From an uncultured Acidobacteriota bacterium (lineage in GTDB: Bacteria; Acidobacteriota; UBA6911): a stretch of DNA of 64,000 nucleotides. The position numbers and the translations under genes were made by a program. The DNA lies in assembly GCA_963843575.1 (NCBI GenBank), contig CAWJKZ010000010.1, positions 480,001-544,000 of the forward strand. The letters run 5' to 3'. Positions 32,135 to 43,657 of the stretch are shown piece by piece. The notes under the pieces were generated by a model. It made no database searches, had not been told where the DNA came from, and saw only the letters and a list, made by a program, of their open reading frames with translations. Numbering within the stretch: position 1 is the stretch's first letter; each line of letters opens with the position of its first letter.

Positions 32135-33358
32135 TCAGAACCTCTGAGCGAGGCGGCTGAGCAGGTCCTCGATGGTGATCAGGCCGGCGAGATAGCCGAA
32201 CTGGTCGGTCACGGCGAGACCCCGCAGGTGGTATTTCTCGAATCGTTCGACGACCTCGCTGAGCGGTGCGGTCGGCATCACGGACCGCGCGTCGCGGCGC
32301 ATCGCAGCCGTGACATTCGCCTCGGGCGGTTTGCGGAGCATGCGGACCAGGGGGACCATGCCAACGAGCCGGTTGGACGAGTCCGTCAGCGGGATTTCAT
32401 CCATCTCGCCGAGTAGGTCCGGGTCGGCACCCCGCAGGGCAACCATCGTTTCGGCGATCGTCCAGGATGGGTCGGCCTTGAAGAATTCGGTGGTCATGAG
32501 ACCGCCGGCGGTGTCGTCGTCGAAGCTGAGCAGTTCGCGGACTTCTTCGGCTTCCTCCTTTTCCATGGCCTGCAACAGGGCCTCCGAACGCTCCTCGGAG
32601 AGGTCGCCGAGGATGTCCGCGGCTTCGTCGGGCTGCATCTCCTCCAGAAGATCCGCGGCGTGGTCGACCTGCATGTCCTCGACGACCGTGGCCTGGACCG
32701 AGGGTTCGACTTCCGAGAGCGCCTGGGCCGCCGTCTCGGTATCCATGATCGACACCAGTTCCTTGCGCTGCATGCGGCCGAGGTCTTCCAGGATGTCGGC
32801 GACGTCCGCGGGATGCATGCGGGCCAGTTGCTGGTGCACCTTCAGCCGGATCTGCGCGAACTCCGGCTCGACCAGCCCCACGAAATCCCAGGATATGCCG
32901 CGTTCCGACAACCCGCCCGCGAGGTGGCGCACCAGCCGGGGGGAGAGGATCCCGGCCATGAGGCGGCGAACGGCCCCGGCGAGACCCACCTCGACGCGCC
33001 GCACGAAGAGGCCCGCAGAAGTGAATTCCAGCAGGACATCGTTGACCCGCACCACCTTGCGCCCGCTCGTGTCGATGATCTGACGATCGAGCACGTCGCG
33101 CGCCAGCAGGATCAGCTCCGCCGGGACCTCGGCGTCGGGGAGCGGCTTGCAGCCGCCGGACAACTCCACCTTGCGCGTCTCCGGGGAGAAGGCCTCGACG
33201 GCGCTCCATGGGTAGACCTGCGAGCCGCGTCCACGGCGCACGTGGAGGTAGCGGATGAGGCCCGTCATCGGATCGATCTGGAAATCGTGCAGTTTTCCGA
33301 CCGCGCAATTGTCGGCATCCAGGACTGCGAGACCCAGAACTTCGGACAGGTGCACCAT
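32135..33358 (-). CDS. PRC-barrel + MgtE N-terminal + CBS domain protein (soluble)
   Basis: DVLDRQIID..GRKVVRVND, MHPADVADILE, MQPDEAADIL and TAGGLMTTEF. No TM domain. Confidence 0.88.
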   Translation of the reverse strand: MVHLSEVLGLAVLDADNCAVGKLHDFQIDPMTGLIRYLHVRRGRGSQVYPWSAVEAFSPETRKVELSGGCKPLPDAEVPAELILLARDVLDRQIIDTSGRKVVRVNDVLLEFTSAGLFVRRVEVGLAGAVRRLMAGILSPRLVRHLAGGLSERGISWDFVGLVEPEFAQIRLKVHQQLARMHPADVADILEDLGRMQRKELVSIMDTETAAQALSEVEPSVQATVVEDMQVDHAADLLEEMQPDEAADILGDLSEERSEALLQAMEKEEAEEVRELLSFDDDTAGGLMTTEFFKADPSWTIAETMVALRGADPDLLGEMDEIPLTDSSNRLVGMVPLVRMLRKPPEANVTAAMRRDARSVMPTAPLSEVVERFEKYHLRGLAVTDQFGYLAGLITIEDLLSRLAQRF

Positions 33359-33563
33359 GTCGGCGTCCCTCGGACAGGATGTCAGAGTACAACTATTCCC
33401 GCGCCGTTGCGAGTGTGGGCCGCCCGGAGTGCGGTGAAAGCAGACGCGGATCTCCGCGGATCACCCTCCGGGCCTGCCGTCCGACGCGTCCGCAGGATCC
33501 GTTTCGTTCAGCGCCCCGCACTCCTTGTTGATGGGAAGCAAGCGGTTTTCTCGCCGAGTAATA

Positions 33564-33569
33564 TAGAAT
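33564..33569 (+). promoter_or_regulatory. -10 element (TAGAAT) 6 nt before the gltX ATG; possible leaderless transcript
   Basis: TAGAAT-AAATCC-ATG with no SD. Confidence 0.45.
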
Positions 33570-33575
33570 AAATCC

Positions 33576-35084
33576 ATGTCCAGACAACCGGTACGAGTAC
33601 GAGTGGCGCCGTCGCCCACGGGCGATCCGCACCTGGGAACCGCCTACCAGGCCTTGTTCAACTACGCGTTCGCCCGCAGCAACGGCGGGCAGTTCATCCT
33701 CCGGATCGAAGACACCGACCAGGCCCGCTCGACCCGGCAATCGGAGGAGGCCATTCTCGGCTCGCTGCGGTGGCTCGGGTTGACGTGGGACGAGGGACCG
33801 GACGTGGGCGGGCCGCACGCGCCCTACCGCCAGAGCGAGCGGACCGAGATCTACCGGCGCCATGTCCGGGAACTGCTCGACGCCGGTCACGCCTACAGGT
33901 GCTTCTGCACCCGCGAGCGCCTCGACCGTATGCGCGCGGAAAACCGCGACAAAAAGGCGTTCCCGGGCTATGACCGCTTCTGCCGCTCCGTCGACCGCGC
34001 CGAGTCGGCGCGCAAGGCCGAGGCGGCCGAGCCTTTCGTCGTGCGGATGAAGGTGCCCGAGACCGGCGTGTGCGTCCTGAACGACCTGTTGCGCGGCGAG
34101 ATCCGCAAGGAGTGGGAACTCATCGACGACCAGGTGTTGCTGAAATCCGACGGATTCCCGACCTACCATCTGGCCAACGTCGTCGACGACCACCTGATGG
34201 GCATCTCGCACGTGATCCGCGGCGAGGAGTGGATCAACTCCGTCCCCAAGCACCTCCTGCTGTATCGTTACTTCGACTGGGAACCGCCGGTCTTCTGCCA
34301 CCTGCCGCTGCTGCGCAACAACGACGCCAACCGGTCCAAGCTGTCGAAGCGCAAGAACCCGACTTCCATTAACTACTATCGCCGCGCCGGGTTTCTCCCT
34401 GAGGCGCTGGTGAATTTCCTGGGCCTGATGGGGTGGCCGAGGGCCGAAGGCGACGAGAAGTTCACGCTCGACGAGTTCGCCGCCGGTTTCCGACTCGAAA
34501 ACGTGTCGCTCGGCGGACCGGTGTTCGACATCCAGAAACTCCGCTGGCTTAACGGCCGGTACGTGCGCGAAAACTACGACACGCCACGTCTCCGCAAGGC
34601 GCTCGAGGACTGGGCCCTCAACGCCGCGATGATCGACCGGATCATCCCGCTGGTGCAGCCACGCCTGGAGACGCTCTCGGACTGGGGGTATCTGACCGCG
34701 TTCTTTTTCGCAGACGCCGTGCCGCTCGACCCGTCGAAGATCACCCTCAAGGAAAAACCGGCCGAGGAGATGGCGGCCATCATGCAGCTGATCCTCTGGC
34801 GGCTCGACCAGCAGCAGGACTTCAGCGGCGAAGCCATCGAAGCAGTCTTCCGCGAGGCCGCGGAGAGGCTCGACGTCAAACTGCGCGACCTGACGCGGCC
34901 GTTCTACATTGCAGTGGCGGGTGCGGAGGCCGCACCCCCGCTCTTTCAGTCTATGGAACTGCTCGGGCCCGACCTGGTACGAATCCGGCTGAGGCGTGCG
35001 CTCGAGGCGCTGGGGGGCATTTCGGGCAAGAAGCAGAAGGCCCTGGAATCGAGGTACGAGGCTCTCTTCGGCCCGCGTGACTGA
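33576..35084 (+). CDS. gltX: Glutamate--tRNA ligase
   Basis: RVAPSPTGDPHLGT, LRIEDTD, YRQSER, PTYHLANVVDD and KLSKR. Confidence 0.96.
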   Translation: MSRQPVRVRVAPSPTGDPHLGTAYQALFNYAFARSNGGQFILRIEDTDQARSTRQSEEAILGSLRWLGLTWDEGPDVGGPHAPYRQSERTEIYRRHVRELLDAGHAYRCFCTRERLDRMRAENRDKKAFPGYDRFCRSVDRAESARKAEAAEPFVVRMKVPETGVCVLNDLLRGEIRKEWELIDDQVLLKSDGFPTYHLANVVDDHLMGISHVIRGEEWINSVPKHLLLYRYFDWEPPVFCHLPLLRNNDANRSKLSKRKNPTSINYYRRAGFLPEALVNFLGLMGWPRAEGDEKFTLDEFAAGFRLENVSLGGPVFDIQKLRWLNGRYVRENYDTPRLRKALEDWALNAAMIDRIIPLVQPRLETLSDWGYLTAFFFADAVPLDPSKITLKEKPAEEMAAIMQLILWRLDQQQDFSGEAIEAVFREAAERLDVKLRDLTRPFYIAVAGAEAAPPLFQSMELLGPDLVRIRLRRALEALGGISGKKQKALESRYEALFGPRD

Positions 35085-35086
35085 TC

Positions 35087-35140
35087 TGGAGTGCGGCGGC
35101 TCGACGCCGCTTTGGGGCGGCGCCTGGGCGCCGCACTTCA
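35087..35140. repeat. REP-A doublet between convergent gltX and glnS
   Basis: TGGAGTGCGGCGGCTCGACGCCGCTTT-GGGGCGGCGCCTGGGCGCCGCACTTCA. Confidence 0.85.
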
Positions 35141-35145
35141 CCAAC

Positions 35146-36873
<1,728 letters not shown>

Positions 36874-37048
36874 ATCCGGCCGGTGTCCTTGATGGGAGGA
36901 GTTCCGTCGGGAGCGTTCTCGAGCCCCATTCGCCAAGTTTGAAATCATAGCACAGACCGCCCGCAATCTTGCGGACGCTTGCGAGGAACCCTGTGGAGGT
37001 GTTAGGTTTCTGCTTTCGGGGAGAGCTCATTCAGATCGAGGGGGCCCA

Positions 37049-37795
37049 ATGACGAAGCTGGGAGTCAACGTCGACCACATCGCCACCATCCGACAGGCAC
37101 GGCATGCCGTGGAACCTGATCCGGTTGCGGCCGCCCTGCTGGCGGAACTGGCGGGTGCGGACGGGATCACGGTTCACCTGCGCGGCGACCGGCGGCACAT
37201 CTCCGACTCCGACGTGCGCCGGCTGCGCGAGTCGGTCACGACGAGGTTGAACCTGGAAATGGCCACGACACCCGAAATCATTCGGGCGGCGCTCGAGCTC
37301 CGGCCCGACCAGGCCACGCTCGTCGCCGAACGGGAAGGGGAAGTCACGACCGAGGGCGGGCTGGACGCGCTCCGCAACCTGGGGGCGGTTCGGGCAGCCA
37401 CGGAGGCCCTTCAGGGCGCGGGAATTCAGGTGAGCCTGTTCATCGACCCCGAGCCCGCCCAGCTCGACGCCGCCGTCAGCCTCGGGGCACGCCTGGTCGA
37501 GCTAAATACGCGTGCCTATTCGGAAACCTGCCCGAGAAGCCCGGAGGTGGGGGGAGCGGCGCTGGAGCGTGAGTACCGGAAGGTGCTCGAAGCCGCGCGT
37601 CGCGGTGCTGCGTGCGGGCTCAAGGTGCTGGCCGGCCACGGTCTGACCTACCGCAACGTGCGCCTGATCTCGGACATACCCGAAATCGCGGAGCTGAACA
37701 TCGGCCACAACATTGTCGCACGTGCCGCCCTGGTCGGGATGGAGCGGGCGGTGCGGGAGATGCTCCTCGCCATGGGGAGCGCGCCGGGCCGCTGA
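37049..37795 (+). CDS. pdxJ: Pyridoxine 5'-phosphate synthase
   Basis: LGVNVDHIAT.RQAR, ITVHLRGDRRHI, TTEGG, AGHGL and ELNIGH. Confidence 0.95.
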   Translation: MTKLGVNVDHIATIRQARHAVEPDPVAAALLAELAGADGITVHLRGDRRHISDSDVRRLRESVTTRLNLEMATTPEIIRAALELRPDQATLVAEREGEVTTEGGLDALRNLGAVRAATEALQGAGIQVSLFIDPEPAQLDAAVSLGARLVELNTRAYSETCPRSPEVGGAALEREYRKVLEAARRGAACGLKVLAGHGLTYRNVRLISDIPEIAELNIGHNIVARAALVGMERAVREMLLAMGSAPGR

Positions 37796-37829
37796 AGCCG
37801 CCCCGGCGAATGCGGGCAGGAGCAGGCCA

Positions 37830-38715
37830 TTGTCGGAGAACCAGCAGGGGGAGGGGCAAAAGGGGAAGCTCTTTGTCGTCGGGACCCCCATAGGCAACCT
37901 GGAGGACCTTTCGCTGCGCGCCCTGCGCGTGCTGCGCGAAGTGGACCTGATCGCGTGCGAGGACACGCGCCACACCGCCCGCCTGCTGTCGCACTACGGC
38001 ATCGAAACGCCCCGGTTGAGCTATCACGAGCACAACGAAGCGTCGCGCGCGGCACAACTGGTGGCCGCGCTGAGCGCGGGCCGAAGCGTCGCGCTGGTCA
38101 GCGACGCGGGCATGCCGCTGGTTTCCGATCCCGGCTACGCGCTGGTCGCCGCCTGCCGGGACGCCGGCATCGAGGTCGTCGCGGTCCCCGGCCCTTCGGC
38201 CGCGACCGCCGCGCTCGCGGGGTCGGGCCTGCCCTGCGACACGTTTTTTCTTCGCCGGCTTCCTCCCCTCACGCGGCTCGCCGCGGCGCGCCAGGCTCCA
38301 GGAACTCGCCTCCATTCCCGCAACGCTCGTCTTCTACGAAGCACCCCACCGGATCGTCGCCGCCCTCTCGGACATGCTCGAGCTCCTCGGCCCGCGCCGT
38401 GCCTGTCTCGCGCGCGAGCTCACCAAGATCCACGAAGAATGGATCCGGGGGACGCTCGCCGAAATCCTCGGCACACTCGAGTCCCGCCCGGAAGTACGCG
38501 GCGAGATCACCCTCGTCGTGGACCGCGGGACCCCCCCGCCGCCGCGGGAGGACTACCCGGAGCTGCTAAGCGAGCACGTGAGCCGGGAAATGTCGCGCGC
38601 CGGCGGCGTGTCCCCCAACGAGGCCCTGAAAACCGCGGCACGCCAGCGCGGCATCTCCCGCAAGGAAGCCTACCGCCTCCTCGTGGAAGAGAAGAAGAAC
38701 CGCCCAGCCGGCTGA
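37830..38715 (+). CDS. rsmI: 16S rRNA (C1402-2'-O)-methyltransferase; apparent +1 indel in the T-run near 38249
   Basis: TPIGNLED, ACEDTR and SDAGMP.VSDPG, then after the slip FAGFLP, FYEAPHR and RELTKIHEE. AGGAG precedes the TTG. Confidence 0.9.
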
Positions 38716-38717
38716 CG

Positions 38718-39251
38718 CTACGGCGTGATCCCTTTCCCGTCGATTTCGCCGGGCAGCAGACCGGCTTTCCGGGCATTGTTGTAGGCGTCGATCCGGTCTT
38801 CGCGCAGCCGCTTCAGCTTGAGCTCAAGCTCGGCGATGTCTTCCCGGATCTTCTCTTCGTTCGGAAGGGCCGCTCCCCTTTGTACGATCCGGCCGACGCG
38901 CGGCGGCGCCCAGCGCTCCGCGTCGGCCTTCAGCCGCAACGCCCGCAGGCGGTCCTCCGCCTGCCGGATCTGGCGGTCCAGCTTCTGGATCACGCCTCGC
39001 ACTCGCGTGTCGGGCTTCGCCCCGCGGACATCGAGGCTTCGTGCCCGCACCGCTCCCGGCACAGGCGAAGACACCGTCACGTTGCCGCCGGGAGCCAATT
39101 CCCGCCCGTTCGTCCCGTCGATGACCTTCGCCGCCACCCCCTGCTCCTCGAGCGCCCTCCGGCGTTCGGCCTCCTTGCGCGCCAGATCGCCCAGGGATTG
39201 CGGGACGAGCAACGCACCCAGGACCAGCACAACGACACCATGGCATGTCAT
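38718..39251 (-). CDS. Exported coiled-coil hypothetical protein
   Basis: Signal peptide, QSLGDLARKE start, two coiled coils, ARKAGLLPG end. Confidence 0.7.
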   Translation of the reverse strand: MTCHGVVVLVLGALLVPQSLGDLARKEAERRRALEEQGVAAKVIDGTNGRELAPGGNVTVSSPVPGAVRARSLDVRGAKPDTRVRGVIQKLDRQIRQAEDRLRALRLKADAERWAPPRVGRIVQRGAALPNEEKIREDIAELELKLKRLREDRIDAYNNARKAGLLPGEIDGKGITP

Positions 39252-39297
39252 GCCCTGTCTAATGGGAAAACCTGGATTTGAGCGAAGAAAATCCCGT

Positions 39298-39452
39298 CAA
39301 GCGGGTCCGGGCTTCAGAGGCTGCCCAACGATTGATTCTGGAGTGCGGCGGCCTCGGCGCCGCCGCAGGCCGAGGTCGCAAGCATGGCGCCAAGGCGCCG
39401 GGCATTCCGGCTGCGGGCATCGGTGAAAGCGGCGCCGAGCCGCCGCACTCCA
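39298..39452. mobile_element. REP-B half + MITE TIR + REP-A element (partial copy)
   Basis: CAAGCGGGTCCGGGC-TTCA-GAGGCTGCCCAACGATTGA-TTC-TGGAGTGCGG...GCACTCCA. Confidence 0.75.
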
Positions 39453-39472
39453 TATTGACTGAGGCGCCGGAT

Positions 39473-40924
39473 TCACGCCTTTATCGGCGGGGACGACACG
39501 GGAAAGGCTTGCGAATAGGCCTTCCCGAGGCGGAGGAGGGTGGTTTCGTCGAAAGGTTTCCCGGTAATCTGCAGGCCTACGGGCAACCCTCCCGGCGTGA
39601 AACCGCACGGCACGGAAAGCGCCGGGATGCCGGCCAGGTTGGCCGTAACCGTGTAGATGTCCGAGAGGTACATCGCGATCGGGTCGTTGACCTTTTCGCC
39701 GATCCTGAACGGCGGGGTCGGGCTCACGGGCGTCAGAAGTGCGTCGACCGTGCGGAATACCGCGTCGTAGTCCTGCCGGATCAGGGTGCGCACCTTCATC
39801 GCGCGCCCGTAGTACGCCTCGTAGTAGCCGGAGGACAACGCGTAGGTGCCGACCATGATCCGGCGTTTGACCTCGGGCCCGAAGCCGCGGCTGCGGCTCA
39901 GCTTGTACATTTCGGCGAGATCCTGCGGGTGGGGCACGCGGTAGCCGTAGCGGACGCCGTCGTAGCGCGCCAGGTTCGAGCTGGCCTCCGCCGGAGCAAT
40001 GATGTAGTAATCGGCGATGGCGTACTCGGTGTGGGGGAGCGAGACCTCCACCATCTCGCAGCCGAGTTGTTCGGCGTCTTGCAGCGCGCGGCCGATGATG
40101 GCGTTCACTTCCGGGTCCAGTCCCGGCCCGAAGAACTCCCTTGGGACTCCCAGCCGAAGGCCGCGCACAGGGGCGTCCAGCTGGTCGAGGTAGGAGGGGA
40201 CGGGGACAGAGGCGGAGGTGGCGTCCATGGGATCGTGCCCGGCGATGACCGACAGCAGCAGGGCCGCGTCGCGGGCACTGTGAGCCACCGGTCCGATGTT
40301 GTCGAGCGACGACGCGAACGCCACCAGGCCGAAGCGGGAGATCCGGCCATACGTCGGCTTCAGGCCGAAGACGTTGCAGAACGAGGCGGGCTGGCGCACC
40401 GAACCACCGGTCTCCGATCCCAGGGCGAGGGCCGCCATCCCCGCCGCGACCGCCACGGCGCTGCCGCCGCTGGATCCCCCTGCCACGCGCTCCAGGTCGT
40501 AGGGGTTGCGCGTGACCTGAAACGCCGAGTTTTCGGTGGACGAACCCATCGCGAACTCGTCGCAGTTGGTTTTCCCCACCAGGACCGCCCCGGCCGCCTC
40601 GAGCCTTTCGACCGCCGTGGCGCTGTAGGGCGGGACGTAGTGCTCCAGGATGCGGGAGCCGCACGTGGTGCGCACGTCCCGCGTGCAGATGTTGTCCTTG
40701 ACCGCGACCGGCACACCGGCCAGCGGGAGGTTGTTCCCCTCCGCCACGAGACGGTCGACCCGGTCGGCCCGCTCCTTCACGTCGGCCGGGTCCACCAGGA
40801 GGAACGCCTGCAGTTTCGGCTCGGCGGCCTCGATGCGGCGCAGGACCGCGGCGGCCACCTCCTGCGCCGAAGTGCGGCGCGCCAAGACGGAATCGCGTAC
40901 GTCTACGGCGTTGCTCAGGTCCAC
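39473..40924 (-). CDS. gatA: Asp/Glu-tRNA amidotransferase subunit A
   Basis: AVKDNI, GKTNCDEFAMGSS, GGSSGGS, GSETGGS and SSNLARYDG. The GTG at 40924 has an SD; the ATG at 40945 is an alternative start. Confidence 0.95.
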   Translation of the reverse strand: MDLSNAVDVRDSVLARRTSAQEVAAAVLRRIEAAEPKLQAFLLVDPADVKERADRVDRLVAEGNNLPLAGVPVAVKDNICTRDVRTTCGSRILEHYVPPYSATAVERLEAAGAVLVGKTNCDEFAMGSSTENSAFQVTRNPYDLERVAGGSSGGSAVAVAAGMAALALGSETGGSVRQPASFCNVFGLKPTYGRISRFGLVAFASSLDNIGPVAHSARDAALLLSVIAGHDPMDATSASVPVPSYLDQLDAPVRGLRLGVPREFFGPGLDPEVNAIIGRALQDAEQLGCEMVEVSLPHTEYAIADYYIIAPAEASSNLARYDGVRYGYRVPHPQDLAEMYKLSRSRGFGPEVKRRIMVGTYALSSGYYEAYYGRAMKVRTLIRQDYDAVFRTVDALLTPVSPTPPFRIGEKVNDPIAMYLSDIYTVTANLAGIPALSVPCGFTPGGLPVGLQITGKPFDETTLLRLGKAYSQAFPVSSPPIKA

Positions 40925-40959
40925 TGATCGGCTCCCCGGCCGCATGGGCCGTCTGCAGT

Positions 40960-41257
40960 TTAGAGCACCTTGGGCACCCGGAAGTGATCGCTGCCAGGGT
41001 CCGGTGCATTGGCCAGGGCCTCTTCAACCGGCAGCGAGGGCCGGGCGCGGTCCGTCGCGGGAGACACAGGGCTCGGCGCCCTCCGCCGGCGAGACGTGGC
41101 TGGTCGGCGCGACCCCGCGGACATCCGCTCCCTTCAGCTTCTCGACGTAGTCCAGAATCCGCTGGAACTGGATCGTGAACTCGTCGAGTTCCACGTCGGT
41201 GAAATGGAGCTTCGCCAGATCGGCGATCTTCAGTACTTCCTCGCGGCTTATAGGCAC
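40960..41257 (-). CDS. gatC: Asp/Glu-tRNA amidotransferase subunit C; apparent +1 indel near 41053
   Basis: ISREEVLKIADLAKL..ILDYVEKL; after the slip DRARPSLPVEEALANAP..HFRVPKVL-stop. Confidence 0.9.
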
Positions 41258-41272
41258 TGCAAGCCTCCTCGC

Positions 41273-42253
41273 TCAGCAGACCCGGACCCGTTCCGAGAGC
41301 ATCTCCGGTGCAAGCCTCTCCGCCCATGCGAAAAACCGGCGGGCGCGCGCGACGTCCTTGCGGATCTGGGCAACGAGGGCTGCGGTGCCGTCGAAGCGGT
41401 GCTCGTCGCGCAGCCGCACGAGGAATTCCAAGCTGACACCCCGGTCATAAATATCCCCCTGGAAGTCCAGCACGTGCGTCTCGATCGTCCTCGGCACGTC
41501 CTTCCCGCCCGTCACGGTCGGGCGCACGCCGATGTTTGTGACGGCGCGGTGGCGCCTCCCCTCGACGGCCAGCAGCGTGATGTAGACACCGGACCTGGGG
41601 ATGAGATCGTTGGCGGTCGCCAGGTTGGCGGTGGGAACACGCATCCCGGCCCCCGTGGACGTTCCGTGCGCGATTTTACCGCGGAGGGAGAAGGGCCGTC
41701 CGAGCAGCCGGCGCGCCAGCCCGGCCTGGCCAGCCACCAGCGCCTGCCTTACGGCCGTGCTCGACACGCGGCTGGTGCGGAACTGCACCTGGTGGATCTT
41801 CCCTACCGCAAACCCCTTCTCCTGCCCGATCTCCTTCAGTAGGTTGAAGCTCCCCTCCCGGCGATGTCCAAACCCGAAATTGGGGCCGACATAAATCTCC
41901 GCCAGACCCAGCTGCCGCCACAGGATTTCGACCGCAAAGTCGCGCGCGCTCATCTGGGCCAGCTCGAGCGTGAACGGGATGACCACAACCAGCCGGATCC
42001 CCAGGCATTCCAGCACGGCAAGCTTCTGGTCGAGAGTCTGGATCTGGCGCGGGGCGTTGTTCGGCGCCAAGACCTGCAGCGGATGCGGATGAAACGTCAC
42101 CACCGACGGGGTCCCGCCCACCTCCTCCGCGCGGCGCACCAGCTCGCGCATCAAATGGACATGACCCAGGTGGACACCGTCGAAGTTGCCGACGGTAGCG
42201 ACGGGACGCGGGTAAGCGTGCGGGAGGTCCTCCGGTCGCTCGAAGACTTTCAT
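41273..42253 (-). CDS. ribF: Bifunctional riboflavin kinase/FAD synthetase
   Basis: GNFDGVHLGH, TFHPHP, VSSTAVR, PTAN, NIGVRPT and IETHVLDF. Confidence 0.95.
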   Translation of the reverse strand: MKVFERPEDLPHAYPRPVATVGNFDGVHLGHVHLMRELVRRAEEVGGTPSVVTFHPHPLQVLAPNNAPRQIQTLDQKLAVLECLGIRLVVVIPFTLELAQMSARDFAVEILWRQLGLAEIYVGPNFGFGHRREGSFNLLKEIGQEKGFAVGKIHQVQFRTSRVSSTAVRQALVAGQAGLARRLLGRPFSLRGKIAHGTSTGAGMRVPTANLATANDLIPRSGVYITLLAVEGRRHRAVTNIGVRPTVTGGKDVPRTIETHVLDFQGDIYDRGVSLEFLVRLRDEHRFDGTAALVAQIRKDVARARRFFAWAERLAPEMLSERVRVC

Positions 42254-42262
42254 GACCCTTTC

Positions 42263-42682
42263 TTAGATCTTGATGCGACTGGTCTTGGCCATGAATTTCA
42301 TGCGCAGCTCGTAGAGCACGCTGTCGAGCAGCTGCTCCTCATCCTTGCTCAGGTTCCCTTTGGTTTTCTCCTGGAGCATGGTCAGGATGTCGACGGTGTG
42401 ACGCGCCCCCTCGGTGTCTTCTTCCTTCTGGTTCGTGTACGGGTTGGGCACTTCGCCCAGCAGTACCAAACCTTGTGTGTAGTACGACAGGATGTAGGAA
42501 GGGAAATCGATGTTGGCGTAAGTGCCCGGCGGGGGCTCCGGCTGCGGCGTGCCGGCCTGGGCGGTGCGAGTCTCCTCCTTCGGAGCGGGAGGCTCGGGTT
42601 CCGCAGACCGCAACTCGCCGTCTTCGCGGAACAGCCGCTTGTCACTCACCGTGAACGAGGGTTCTTCCTGCTCTTCCTTCAT
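42263..42682 (-). CDS. DUF1844 family protein
   Basis: FTVSDKR and LGEVPNP..ARHTVDIL.MLQEKTKGNL...LYELRMKF. Confidence 0.85.
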   Translation of the reverse strand: MKEEQEEPSFTVSDKRLFREDGELRSAEPEPPAPKEETRTAQAGTPQPEPPPGTYANIDFPSYILSYYTQGLVLLGEVPNPYTNQKEEDTEGARHTVDILTMLQEKTKGNLSKDEEQLLDSVLYELRMKFMAKTSRIKI

Positions 42683-42840
42683 GCCGCCTCCTCTTACCAA
42701 ATCCATCGAAGGGGGGAAATGCTATCACCCGCCCCCGTGGGGCTCAAGTCCTGATCCAGGGCCCTCCGGGGCGGGCGCGAGTTCGTTTTGTATGTTAATC
42801 TTTGCTGCTCGAATACTCAACGTGCGTATGTGAGGGCAAA

Positions 42841-43644
42841 GTGGCAAATCGGGCCGACCTGCAGAAGCTCGTGGACTTGGTGGCACGACTGAGGGGCGAC
42901 AACGGCTGCCCCTGGGACCGGGAACAGACGCGCGAGTCGCTCAAGCCGATGCTGATCGAGGAGGCGTACGAGGTGCTGGATGCCCTCGACGGCGCCAGTC
43001 CCGCCGAACTGAAAGATGAGCTCGGCGATCTCCTGTTCCAGGTGGTGTTCCACGCGCAGATCGCCAGTGAAAAGGGGGAGTTTCAAATGGCGGACATCAT
43101 CGATCGTGTCCACGAAAAGATGATCCGCCGGCACCCTCACGTCTTCGGAGGCGCGGACCTGCGCACCGCCGAGGATGTGCTGAAGAACTGGGAAGACATC
43201 AAGGCCGCCGAAAAGGGAGTGCGCTCCGCCTCGCAACCCGACACCGACAAATCGCTGCTCGACGGCATCCCCTCGAAACTGCCGGCCCTGCACGAAGCCT
43301 ACCAGATCACCGCGAAAGCCTCCCGGGTCGGTTTCGACTGGGCCCGGCTCGAAGACGTCCTGGCCAAGCTCCGTGAGGAGATGGACGAGATCCTCGAAGC
43401 CCGCGCCCGCGGCACGGAAGACCGCATCGCGGACGAAGTGGGCGACCTGCTTTTCGTGGCCGTCAACGTGGCGCGTTTTCTCGGGGTGGATCCCGAAACC
43501 GCCTTGCGGCGCAGCAACAGGAAGTTCGGCCGCCGCTTCCGCCACGTCGAATCGTCCATCAAGGCCCGGGGCCGCGGACTGAAGGATGCCACCCTCGCCG
43601 AAATGGACGCGCTATGGGACGAGGCCAAACAGAAAGGCATGTGA
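42841..43644 (+). CDS. mazG: Nucleoside triphosphate pyrophosphohydrolase
   Basis: GCPWDREQT, EEAYE, ELGDLL, IRRHPHVF, GFDW and EVGDLLF. Confidence 0.95.
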   Translation: MANRADLQKLVDLVARLRGDNGCPWDREQTRESLKPMLIEEAYEVLDALDGASPAELKDELGDLLFQVVFHAQIASEKGEFQMADIIDRVHEKMIRRHPHVFGGADLRTAEDVLKNWEDIKAAEKGVRSASQPDTDKSLLDGIPSKLPALHEAYQITAKASRVGFDWARLEDVLAKLREEMDEILEARARGTEDRIADEVGDLLFVAVNVARFLGVDPETALRRSNRKFGRRFRHVESSIKARGRGLKDATLAEMDALWDEAKQKGM

Positions 43645-43657
43645 CCAACGGCCAACC

